Positions 19,878 through 28,180 of a DNA stretch of 64,000 nucleotides are shown one piece after another. The stretch is from Planctomycetota bacterium (GTDB lineage Bacteria; Planctomycetota; UBA1135; UBA2386): assembly GCA_020848735.1 (NCBI GenBank), contig JADLHO010000163.1, forward strand, positions 3,313 through 67,312, read 5' to 3'. Position 1 is the stretch's first letter, and each line of letters opens with the position of its first letter. A program made the translations under genes and the position numbers. Below the pieces are notes generated by a model. That model was not told where the DNA came from. It did no database searches and saw only the letters and a program-made list of their open reading frames with translations.

Positions 19878-20939
19878 ATGACACCCGATCCCAACGACAA
19901 GCGTCTGACGCACTGGTCCTGCGCGGCAGGTTGAGCCGCGAAGCTGCCAGCCGAGGGCCTGGGTCAGGTCCTCGCGAAGCTCGGGCCGCTCACGCATCCC
20001 GCACTCCTCGCCGGCGCGGAGGGGTACGAGGACGCCGGGGTCTTCCGTCTCGATGCGGATCGCGCCCTCGTCGTGACGACCGATTTCTTCCCCCCGATCG
20101 TCGACGACCCGCGCTGGTTCGGACGCATCGCCGCCGCGAACGCGTTGTCCGACGTGTTCGCGATGGGAGGCGAGGCGCTCGTCGCGCTCAACCTCGTGTG
20201 CTGGCCTGCGGAGCTCGACCTCGAGCTGCTCGGTGAGGTGCTCGCCGGCGGACTCGAGAAGATCCGCGAGGCCGGCGCGGCGCTCGCCGGTGGTCACTCC
20301 GTGCGGGACAACGAGGTGAAGTACGGACTCGCCGTGACCGGCATCGTCCATCCGGACCGCTTCTGGCGGAACTCGGGCGCGCGGGAAGGGGACCTGGTGA
20401 TCCTCACGAAGCCGCTCGGGATGGGCACCGTCTCCACGGCGATCAAGCGCGGCGCCGTCGCCGGTGACGGTGAACTCGTCCGGCGCGCGATGGCGCAGAT
20501 GGCGGAGCTCAACCGCGGGGCCGCGCTCGCCGTGCGCGATCTGGCGGTCCATGGCGCGACCGACGTGACGGGCTTCGGTCTCGTCGGTCACGGCCAGGAG
20601 ATGGCGGACGGCGCCGGACTGACGCTCGAGCTCCGCGCCGCGGATCTCCCGATCTTCGCCGGCGCCCTCGAGCTCGCGCGCGCGGGTGTCGTCTCCGGTG
20701 GGGGACGCAAGGCGCGCGGCGCGCGCGCGGCACACGTGCGGATCGCCGACGCCGTCGACGAGGCACTCGCCGCGATGGTCTTCGATGCCGAGACCTCCGG
20801 AGGCCTGCTCCTGGCGTTGTCCGAGCGCGACGCCGAGGTCGCGCTGCGGCGGCTGCGCGACGCCGGCGTGGCGGTCGCGAGCGTGATCGGTCGCTTCGTC
20901 GCGCGGCGCGGCGCGACCGCCGTCGAGCTCATCGCCTGA
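19878..20939 (+). CDS. selD: Selenide, water dikinase (selenophosphate synthetase) with in-frame UGA = selenocysteine at codon 19
   Basis: ATG 19878 gives MTPDPNDKRLTHWSCAAG-[TGA 19932-19934]-AAKLPAEGL... The reading frame continues into the track ORF 20073..20939 (offset 195 nt, a multiple of 3). The G-U-x-x-K pattern aligns with the catalytic G-C-G-C-K of E. coli SelD. Downstream, VVTTDFFPPIVDDP and the AIR-synthase-like fold motifs are present. Confidence 0.88.
19952..19974 (+). promoter_or_regulatory. Candidate bacterial SECIS hairpin downstream of the selD UGA
   Basis: An 8-bp stem CGAGGGCC / GGTCCTCG (one G-U pair) has a 7-nt loop TGGGTCA containing GGUC. The loop G-U lies about 31 nt after the UGA. 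Confidence 0.4.
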
Positions 20940-20967
20940 GCAGCGACGCGACGTGGCCCGCGCGTGT

Positions 20968-21930
20968 TCAGCGCAGGCCGAGCAGCGCGCGCGCGGCGGC
21001 GTCGAGCTTCGGCTGCTCGGTTGTGCCGAGGGCGCCGAACTCGACCTCGAAGTGCACGGCGGAGGTCGAACCATCGACGGCGCGCACGGGCAATCCGCCC
21101 TTGTAGATGCGCTTGCCCTCGGCATCGAACTCCTCGACCTTGGCGTCCTCCTCCTCCTCGAGGCCTTCGGCGCCCTGGAACTCGATGCGCATGTTGTCGG
21201 GCATCGTCGAGGTCTCGTAGGCGCTGGCCTTGAGGCGGTGGCAGAGGCCGGTCGAAGGGTCGATCCAGAACGCGAGGTCGAGCGTCAGCTCGGGCGGCTC
21301 GTCGTTCCCCATGCCGGGTGCGCCGATCATGATCGGCCCGCCGCGGCCACCGCCGACGCGCGGCAGCGCGCCGCCGAGCAGCAGGTCTCGCGCGGCGTCC
21401 TCGTCGAAGCTCACGGTGACGAGGTTCCAGGGCTTCTCGCGCCAGGTCGTCGACTCGCTGCGCGCGTCCTTCGCCGCGGCCGCCGCTCCGGCGAGTCGCT
21501 CGAAGAAGACCTGCGGTTCGAAGATGAAGGGCAGCGGCTTGCCGGTGACCGTGACGCCACGGCGCGGTCGCCATTCGCCTTCGGCGAGGCGCGCGATCAT
21601 GCGCCCACCGGCGAAGAGCAGCTCGTGCTCGCCATCGTCGAGGCTCACGGACAACCATGCACCGGCGGAGCTGCCCGAGAGCTCGGTCTCCCGCGAGCCC
21701 GGCGGCATCATCCGGCGGAATCGACGGACCATCGCCTGGTCCTGCTCCTCGAGGGTCTTGAAGCTCATTCCCGAGAGCGCGCCCATGCGGGTGGCGAGCT
21801 CGGCGATGCCGGGTTGCGCGGCGGCCGCGTCGGCGTCCTGCGCGGCGAGCGCTGCGGAGCTGGAGACCGCCGCGACGAGCGCGAGCGCGAGGGGGGCGAG
21901 ACTTCGGGTCGAGGGTCGGACCAAGGTCAT
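20968..21930 (-). CDS. Hypothetical secreted protein
   Basis: The 320-aa ORF has an N-terminal signal peptide (SLAPLALALVAAVSSSAALAAQD). I recognised no family motif. Confidence 0.5.
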   Translation of the reverse strand: MTLVRPSTRSLAPLALALVAAVSSSAALAAQDADAAAAQPGIAELATRMGALSGMSFKTLEEQDQAMVRRFRRMMPPGSRETELSGSSAGAWLSVSLDDGEHELLFAGGRMIARLAEGEWRPRRGVTVTGKPLPFIFEPQVFFERLAGAAAAAKDARSESTTWREKPWNLVTVSFDEDAARDLLLGGALPRVGGGRGGPIMIGAPGMGNDEPPELTLDLAFWIDPSTGLCHRLKASAYETSTMPDNMRIEFQGAEGLEEEEDAKVEEFDAEGKRIYKGGLPVRAVDGSTSAVHFEVEFGALGTTEQPKLDAAARALLGLR

Positions 21931-22087
21931 GTCGGGTTCCTTCGGGGACTGAACACGCGGAACGAGGGCCGCGGAAGGGGAGGACGCGGGTTGGGCGCCG
22001 CCGGACGATCACGGGCCGCGGATACTCCGCTCCGGTCGAAGCTCCGCGCTCGACCCTGCGGGCCGCGTGCGCGGCGTGCCGTGTCCG

Positions 22088-22492
22088 TCAGGTCGCGGGC
22101 CCGCCGTCGGGCGGCGGAACGGCGTCCGGCCCGGGCTCGCGCGCGGCGCGCTCCCGGCGGAGTTCATCCATGATCCCGTCGATCCTCAGGGCGCCCTCGA
22201 TCCCGTCGTCGTGGACGAACTTGATGCGCGGCATGGTGCGCGTCCGCAGGATCGGCGCGACCTCGTGCTGGATGAAGCGCGCGGCACCCGCGAGGACCTC
22301 GGCGTTGCGCTTCTGCTCGCCGCCGCCACCGAGCGCCGACCAGAACACGAGACAGACCTGCAGGTCCTTGTCGACCTTCACGCGGGTGATCGTGACGAGC
22401 CCGCGGCGCGGGTCGGCGAGATCGCGATCGACGATCTCCGCGATCCGCTCCTTCAGGAGGGACTCGATGCGGCGTTGACGTCGCTCATTCAT
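22088..22492 (-). CDS. rbfA: Ribosome-binding factor A
   Basis: RRIESLLKERIAEIVDRDLADPRRGLVTITRVKVDKDLQ is the typical RbfA KH-like N-terminus. It is the last gene of the nusA-infB operon. Confidence 0.9.
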   Translation of the reverse strand: MNERRQRRIESLLKERIAEIVDRDLADPRRGLVTITRVKVDKDLQVCLVFWSALGGGGEQKRNAEVLAGAARFIQHEVAPILRTRTMPRIKFVHDDGIEGALRIDGIMDELRRERAAREPGPDAVPPPDGGPAT

Positions 22493-22502
22493 CGGAACTC
22501 GC

Positions 22503-22793
22503 TCACTTGGGTCTCAGGATCTCCAGTTCGTGCTCTTCGAGTCGGGCGTCGCGGAAGTCCTCGAGCCAGTCGATGAGTTTGTCGAGCGCACCGTTCAGGT
22601 AGGCGATGTCGTTGCTGACCATCGTCGCGCCGAAGGTCGCGTTCGCGCAGTCGTCGAGGTCGTCCGTCTCCGCGATCGCGACGTTGAACTCGCGCCGGGC
22701 GCGGTCCTTCAGCGCGCGGACGACGGCGCGCTTGTCCTTGAGCGATTCCGCGTGGGGGATCGCCATGGTGAACTGCAGGACACCGATGAACAT
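22503..22793 (-). CDS. DUF503 (YlxP-like) protein
   Basis: MFIGVLQFTMAIPHAESLKDKRAVVRALKDRARREFNVAIAE matches the DUF503 pattern. Its position between infB and rbfA is conserved, as in Bacillus ylxP. Confidence 0.8.
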   Translation of the reverse strand: MFIGVLQFTMAIPHAESLKDKRAVVRALKDRARREFNVAIAETDDLDDCANATFGATMVSNDIAYLNGALDKLIDWLEDFRDARLEEHELEILRPK

Positions 22794-22922
22794 GGCGCGC
22801 GCGTGGCGGCTGACCCCGCCGCTCTTGGTCGTCGGTCGTGCGGGCTCGAGCTCGTCCTGGCCGCGCCTGCGGCCACCGACAGGCACCCGAGAGCCCGTGG
22901 TCCGGGCTTTGGTCTCGGGCTC

Positions 22923-25900
22923 TCAGTCGAGCGTGCGCTTGACGAGCTTGACGGCGTAGAACTCGAGCTGGTCGCCTTCCTTGATGTCGTTGTAGTCCTT
23001 CAGGACCATGCCGCACTCGAAGCCGCCCTTGACCTCGCGCACGTCGTCCTTCTCGCGTCGCAACGACCCGAGCTGGCCGGTGTAGATCACGCGACCATCG
23101 CGTGAGAGGCGGACGCTCGCGCTGCGGCGTGCGACGCCGTCGATGACGAAGCAACCCGCGATGTTGCCGAACTTGCTCGAGCGGAAGATCGCGCGGATCT
23201 CGGCGTGGCCGATGACCTCCTCGACCTCCTCGGGCTTGAGCTTGCCCTCCATCGCGAGCTTCACGTCGTCGATCAGGTTGTAGATCACGTCGTAGAAGCG
23301 GATCGTCACACCGCTGCGTTCCGCGGCCTGACGAGCGGACTGGTCGGCGACCGAGTTGAAGCCGATGACCACGGCGCCCGAGGCCTGCGCGAGGGAGACG
23401 TCGGTCTCCGTGATGCCGCCGAGTGCGGCGTGGATCACGTTGACCTTCACCTCCTCGGTGTTCAGCTTGGCCAGGCTCTGGCGGATCGGCTCGAGCGAGC
23501 CCATCACGTCGGCCTTGAGGATGATCTTGATCTCCTCCACCGTGCGCTGCTCGAGACGGGCGCGCAGGTTCTCGGCCGTCATCTGCGAACGCTCCGCCAG
23601 CGAGATCGTGCGTGCGGTGCGCTGACGATCCTCCGCGACCTCCTTCGCCTTCTTGACGTCGGTGATCACGTAGAGCCGGTCGCCCGGCATCGGGAGGGCA
23701 TCGAGGCCGAGCAACGAGAGCGGAGTCGCGGGTCCGGCTTCCTTGACCTGACGGCCGTGGTCGTCGACCAGGCCGCGGACACGCGCGAGGCTCTCGCCGC
23801 AGAGGACCGTGTCCTTCACGTGGAGCGTGCCGTTGGTGACGAGCACGTTGACCACGACGCCCTGTTCGGGGCTCTGCCGCGATTCGACGACCACGGCCTC
23901 GGCCGGGGCGTCCGCCTTCGCGGTGAGCTGCATGATCTCGGCCTCGAGCATGATGCGCTCGACGAGGGCGTCGAGGCCGAGTCCGGTCTGGCCCGAGACC
24001 TCGATCATCGCGACCTGGCCGCCCCACTCCTCGGGCTGCAGGCCCTTCACCGCGAGCTGCTGCTTGACCTGCATCGGCCGCGCGTTGGGCTTATCGCACT
24101 TGTTGATCGCGACGATGATCTTGGTCTTCGCGTCGGTCGCGTGGGCGATCGCCTCCTCGGTCTGAGGCATGACGCCGTCGTCGGCGGCGACGACGAGCAC
24201 GACGATGTCCGTCAGCTTCGCACCGCGGGCGCGCATCGAGGTGAAGGCCTCGTGACCCGGCGTGTCGAGGACGACGAACTCCGCGCCGTCGTGCCAGGTG
24301 ACCTTGTAGGCGCCGATGTGCTGCGTGATGCCGCCGGCCTCGCCGTGCGCGACATCGCTCTTGCGGAGGGCGTCGAGCAGGGTCGTCTTGCCGTGATCGA
24401 CGTGACCCATGAAGGTCACGACCGGCGCGCGCGGCTCCGTGTCGACGTCGGCGTGCGCGGCCTGCAGGTCGGAGAGCAGCTCCGCTTCCGCCTCCTGCCG
24501 CTCGACGATGCGGATGTTGCGGTTGACCTCGAGACCGATCAGCTCGACCTCGTCATTGGTGAGGAACGAGTTGATGTTCTTGCCGATGACGCCGAGCTTG
24601 AAGGTCAGCGTCGCGATCAGGTCGTTGACCTTCACGCCGAGCGCTTCGGAGAGCGCCTTGACGGTGATCGGGGGCTGGACCTCGACGACCTTGCTCGGGT
24701 CGACGCTCGAGGCGAGACCGCCGCCGCCGCGCCGGCCGCCGCGCATCCCGGGCCGCGGCCGACCGCCGGGGCCCGTGGTCTGGGTCGGACCGCGGCGCAC
24801 GTTGCCCGTGCCTCCGCCCTGGGTGGGGCGCGCTCGCGGGGCCGCCGAGCGGCTCTGGGTGCTGCGCAACGCCGCCTGCCGCAGGTTGCGGTCCACGCTG
24901 CCCGGGTTGCGGGCCTGGGCCGGGGCGGAGCGCCGCTGCGCGTCGCGGATCGCCTCGGGCGGCAGCTCGATGCGACCGAGCACCTTCGCCTTCGCCTCGG
25001 GAACCAGCAGGCGCTTCACGGCCTGGCCGGCCGGGCCGACCAGGCTGCCCTCGGCCGACGTCGCGAGGTCCGCCTGCCGCGGCACGGGGCGACCGGGGAC
25101 AGCCTCGCTCGGGAACTGCCTGGCGCCGGGGGAGGACTGCTTGGAGGAACTCGTGGGATCCGTGGGGCTGGTGGTCTTGGCGTCGGCGTCCGCGCTCGCG
25201 ACGAGCGCGTCCTCGCCGAGCTCGCCGGGAGCGGGCTCGGGTGCGACGGCTTCTGCCGCCGCCTCGACCGGCTCCGGGCGCGAGCCGCTGCCGCGCGCGG
25301 GCGAGTCGTCGCTCGCCACGGCTTCGCTCGGACGACTCGTCTCGACGCGGCGTTCCTCGGGCGCCGGGGATTCCGTCGGCGGCACTTCGAGGGTGCCGCG
25401 GGCGACCGGCTCGGGCGCCGCGACGGGCTCCGGGCTCGGCTGGGCCTCACGCGGTGCCGGGACCTCGCGGATCGGCGTGGCCTCTCGGGCCTCGGCGACC
25501 CCGGGCTCCGCGGCGACGACGTCCTCGGCATCCGGCACGCGCCGCTTGGGAGGCAGGGGCTTCTGCGAGGGCAGCTCCTTGCGCGCCGGCTCCGGGAGTC
25601 GCTTGCGCTCGAGAGGGTCGGGCAGCTGCTTCCGCGCCGGCTCGCTCGCCGTCGCTTCGCCGCCGTGACCCGCGCTGCCGTGTGATCCGGCACCGTGCGA
25701 AGAGGCACCGTGCGAAGAGGCGCCATGTCCAGGGGCGCCGTGACCCTGAGCCCCATGCCCACCCGCGCTGGGCAGGGCCTTCTTCTTGGGGCCGAGGCCC
25801 TCGCTGGGCGGGGCTTCGGGCTCGGCGACATGCGGTGCCGCCTGCTGGGAGAGACCCTGGGTCTCGATGATGGCACGGACCTGGAGTTCGGTCGCGTCGT

Positions 25901-26018
25901 CGAGCACAGCCATGTGCGACTTGACGGCGTCGAAACCGAGCTCCTTGAGCATCTTCGCGAGGTCCGGGCCCTTCAGCCCGTACTCTTTCGCCAGCTCGTA
26001 GACGCGAACCTTGCTCAA
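22923..26018 (-). CDS. infB: Translation initiation factor IF-2
   Basis: A TTG start at 26018 is preceded by GGAG and gives (M)SKVRVYELAKEYG. The G-domain motif GHVDHGKTTLLD and C-terminal IF-2 domains are present. The N-terminal linker is long and Pro/Ala-rich. Confidence 0.95.
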   Translation of the reverse strand: MSKVRVYELAKEYGLKGPDLAKMLKELGFDAVKSHMAVLDDATELQVRAIIETQGLSQQAAPHVAEPEAPPSEGLGPKKKALPSAGGHGAQGHGAPGHGASSHGASSHGAGSHGSAGHGGEATASEPARKQLPDPLERKRLPEPARKELPSQKPLPPKRRVPDAEDVVAAEPGVAEAREATPIREVPAPREAQPSPEPVAAPEPVARGTLEVPPTESPAPEERRVETSRPSEAVASDDSPARGSGSRPEPVEAAAEAVAPEPAPGELGEDALVASADADAKTTSPTDPTSSSKQSSPGARQFPSEAVPGRPVPRQADLATSAEGSLVGPAGQAVKRLLVPEAKAKVLGRIELPPEAIRDAQRRSAPAQARNPGSVDRNLRQAALRSTQSRSAAPRARPTQGGGTGNVRRGPTQTTGPGGRPRPGMRGGRRGGGGLASSVDPSKVVEVQPPITVKALSEALGVKVNDLIATLTFKLGVIGKNINSFLTNDEVELIGLEVNRNIRIVERQEAEAELLSDLQAAHADVDTEPRAPVVTFMGHVDHGKTTLLDALRKSDVAHGEAGGITQHIGAYKVTWHDGAEFVVLDTPGHEAFTSMRARGAKLTDIVVLVVAADDGVMPQTEEAIAHATDAKTKIIVAINKCDKPNARPMQVKQQLAVKGLQPEEWGGQVAMIEVSGQTGLGLDALVERIMLEAEIMQLTAKADAPAEAVVVESRQSPEQGVVVNVLVTNGTLHVKDTVLCGESLARVRGLVDDHGRQVKEAGPATPLSLLGLDALPMPGDRLYVITDVKKAKEVAEDRQRTARTISLAERSQMTAENLRARLEQRTVEEIKIILKADVMGSLEPIRQSLAKLNTEEVKVNVIHAALGGITETDVSLAQASGAVVIGFNSVADQSARQAAERSGVTIRFYDVIYNLIDDVKLAMEGKLKPEEVEEVIGHAEIRAIFRSSKFGNIAGCFVIDGVARRSASVRLSRDGRVIYTGQLGSLRREKDDVREVKGGFECGMVLKDYNDIKEGDQLEFYAVKLVKRTLD
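25658..25762 (-). repeat. Seven tandem 15-nt units encoding an (H-G-x-x-x)n tract inside infB
   Basis: On the plus strand the units read cgccgccgtgacccg / cgctgccgtgatccg / ggcaccgtgcgaaga / ggcaccgtgcgaaga / ggcgccatgtccagg / ggcgccgtgaccctg / agccccatgcccacc. The peptide is GGHGAQGHGAPGHGASSHGASSHGAGSHGSAGHGGE. Confidence 0.7.
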
Positions 26019-26118
26019 GCCTGCTCCTGGTTCGAACCCGTGGGTTCTATTGCCTGCGGACGGGTCCCGTTGCCTTCGAACGTGGTGCCTGCGACCGTGT
26101 TGCTCTCGAACGTGATGA

Positions 26119-27309
26119 TCAGTGGTTGTCGGCCGACGTGTGATCCGTCGGCCCCGTGCCGGCGTCGCTCTCGCTCGCCGCTTGATTGTCGACCGGTGAT
26201 TCGACGCCCGCCTCGCCGGCGTCCGGAACCGAGTCCGCCGCCGGGTCCGACCCTGCGACCGTCGACGGGCCGTCGCCCGCCTCGCCGGCACCGGCCTCTT
26301 CGGCGTCCTCGGCGTCGGCGCTCGCCGCCGCGAGCGCGGCCGCCGTCCACGGCGTGCCGTCCTCGTCCGCGAAGGACTTCTCGAGCTCGGCGCGGGTCAT
26401 GATGTCGATCTCCCAGTGCGTCATCCGGCTCGCGAGCCGGACGTTCTGGCCGCGTCGACCGATGGCCAGCGAGAGCTGGTCTTCGTCGACGAGGACCAGC
26501 GCCTTCTTGCGCTCGCCGTCGAGCTCGATGTGGGAGATCTCCGCGGGCTTGAGGGCGTTGCGGATGAGCTGCTCCGAGTCGTCCGTCCAACGGATGATGT
26601 CGATGCGCTCGCCGTTGAGCTCGTCGATGATCGACTTGATGCGCGTGCCGCGCACGCCGACGCAGGCGCCAACGCAGTCGACGCGCTCGTCGCTCGAGTC
26701 GACCGCGAGCTTCGTGCGGTAGCCGGGCTCGCGTTCGATGCGGCGGATGGCGATCACGCCTTCCGAGATCTCCGGCACCTCGAGTTCGAAGAGCGCGCGC
26801 ACGAGATCGCGGTGCGCGCGCGAGAGGATGACCTTTACGCGACTGCCCGCCTTCTTGACCTCGAGCACGAGCGCGCGGATGCGGTCGCCGACGTTGTAGG
26901 TCTCGCCGCGGACCTTCTCGGTGCGCGGGAGGATGCCTTCCATGTTGCGGCCGAGGTTGACGATGGTCGTGTCGCCCTCGAAGCGCTGGATGGTGCCGGA
27001 GACGATCTCGCCGATCTTCGCCTCGAACTCCGAGAAGAGGACGTCGCGCTCGGCCTCGCGCACACGGCCGATGATCGCCTGCTTCACCGCCTGGGCGAGG
27101 ATGCGGCCTTCGGCCTCGAGATCGATCTCGTAGTTGCTGACCCACTCACCGGATTGGCGGTCGATCCGCATCACGAGGTCGTCGATCCCGTACTTCTTCG
27201 CGACGGCCTGTGCCACGGCCTGCTCGATGCCCGCGATGAGCTGTTCGGGATCGATCTCCTTGTCCTTTGCGATCGACTCGACGTAGCGAAGGATGTCGGA
27301 AGAGGCCAT
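26119..27309 (-). CDS. nusA: Transcription termination/antitermination factor NusA
   Basis: The start is at MASSDILRYVESIAKDKEID (27309). The S1 and KH regions are recognisable (IVSGTIQRFEGDTTIVNLG, GACVGVRGTRIKSIIDELNGERIDII). An acidic C-terminal tail follows. Confidence 0.95.
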   Translation of the reverse strand: MASSDILRYVESIAKDKEIDPEQLIAGIEQAVAQAVAKKYGIDDLVMRIDRQSGEWVSNYEIDLEAEGRILAQAVKQAIIGRVREAERDVLFSEFEAKIGEIVSGTIQRFEGDTTIVNLGRNMEGILPRTEKVRGETYNVGDRIRALVLEVKKAGSRVKVILSRAHRDLVRALFELEVPEISEGVIAIRRIEREPGYRTKLAVDSSDERVDCVGACVGVRGTRIKSIIDELNGERIDIIRWTDDSEQLIRNALKPAEISHIELDGERKKALVLVDEDQLSLAIGRRGQNVRLASRMTHWEIDIMTRAELEKSFADEDGTPWTAAALAAASADAEDAEEAGAGEAGDGPSTVAGSDPAADSVPDAGEAGVESPVDNQAASESDAGTGPTDHTSADNH

Positions 27310-27697
27310 GGTCGGAAAACGAGACGAGACCGGGTCGACCTGTGGCGCCGAGACCGAGGACCGCCGCGGTCCTACGGCCGCGGCGGCCGCCAAGCCTGCC
27401 GGTCCGGGGAAGGGGAGGACACACGGACGCCTTGCCACCGAGCCGAATCAGCACGCGCGGACGGTTCGCCGCGCGCCACCGAAACAGAAGCGAGCGGGAA
27501 CCCCGCTCGCCTCGGTCGCCAAGCGCTGTGAATCCAGGGCGGGGATGCTACCGGCGCGGCGCCGAGGGTCAAGCGACCTCAGCGATGGCGTTTCGGCCCC
27601 GGCTGCGAAGACGAGACGCAGGGGCTGTGGCCGAAGCGGGATCCGCGGCGGATCCGCGCGCGCTTCGCTCGGGGGTCCGGGCTAGCATGCGCCGCCC

Positions 27698-28180
27698 GTG
27701 AACTCCCCCGCGTTGAGCTTCCGACCCTTCCGCATGGGGGACGCAGCTCGCCTCGAGCGCTGGCTCGCGGCGGCGGGCATGCCGCTCCCGGATCGCGTCG
27801 CGCGCGACGTCTGGGCCGGTCGGATGGCCGGCGGCGACGCCCGCATCCACGCGCTCGCCGGACTCATCGGTCGCGTGGCGGTCGGCTTCGTCCGCATGGA
27901 CCTGGCGCCCGACCGCAGCGCGGAGCTCACCCTGATCGTCGATCCGCGGCTCCGCCGGCGTGGGCTGGGGCGACAGCTCGTCGAGCGGGCGCTCGTCGAG
28001 GCCCGGCGCCTGGGACTGCGGCGGCTGGTCGCGCTCGTCCGCCCGGAGAACGACCCGGCGCTGCGGCTCTTCTGCGAGCATGGCTTCGAGACGAGCGGAG
28101 TCCGGGTCGTCGGCTTCGAACACCTCGCGCGCGTGGTGCACCGCGCCGACCGCGAGCGGCCGCTCGAGATCGTGCCGTGA
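27698..28180 (+). CDS. GNAT-family N-acetyltransferase
   Basis: The start is GTG. The acetyl-CoA binding block is RRRGLGRQLVERALVEARRLGLRRLVALVRPENDPALRLFCEHGFE. Confidence 0.75.
   Translation: MNSPALSFRPFRMGDAARLERWLAAAGMPLPDRVARDVWAGRMAGGDARIHALAGLIGRVAVGFVRMDLAPDRSAELTLIVDPRLRRRGLGRQLVERALVEARRLGLRRLVALVRPENDPALRLFCEHGFETSGVRVVGFEHLARVVHRADRERPLEIVP

Noticed and set aside
21931-22087. 157-bp spacer between the rbfA end and the next gene start, checked for tRNA-Sec (selC) or another small RNA
   Set aside because: I found no acceptor/T-arm geometry and no UCA anticodon loop in a plausible stem. It contains only generic GC-rich hairpins.
23205-25685. 826-aa plus-strand ORF antisense to infB
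   Set aside because: It is a low-complexity translation, and infB on the minus strand is unambiguous.
26019-26118. Possible tRNA in the nusA-infB spacer because of the T-loop-like GGTTCGAACC
   Set aside because: No T-stem pairing flanks the TTCGAAC loop on either strand. The 52-62 position would be a G-A mismatch. No acceptor or anticodon arms could be built.
27440-27480. Possible tRNA 3' half (GGTTCG ... GCGCGCCACC) upstream of nusA
   Set aside because: The sequence folds as a simple 7-bp hairpin (CGCGCGG/CCGCGCG) with an 8-nt loop, not a 5-bp T-arm with a 7-nt loop. There is no cloverleaf.
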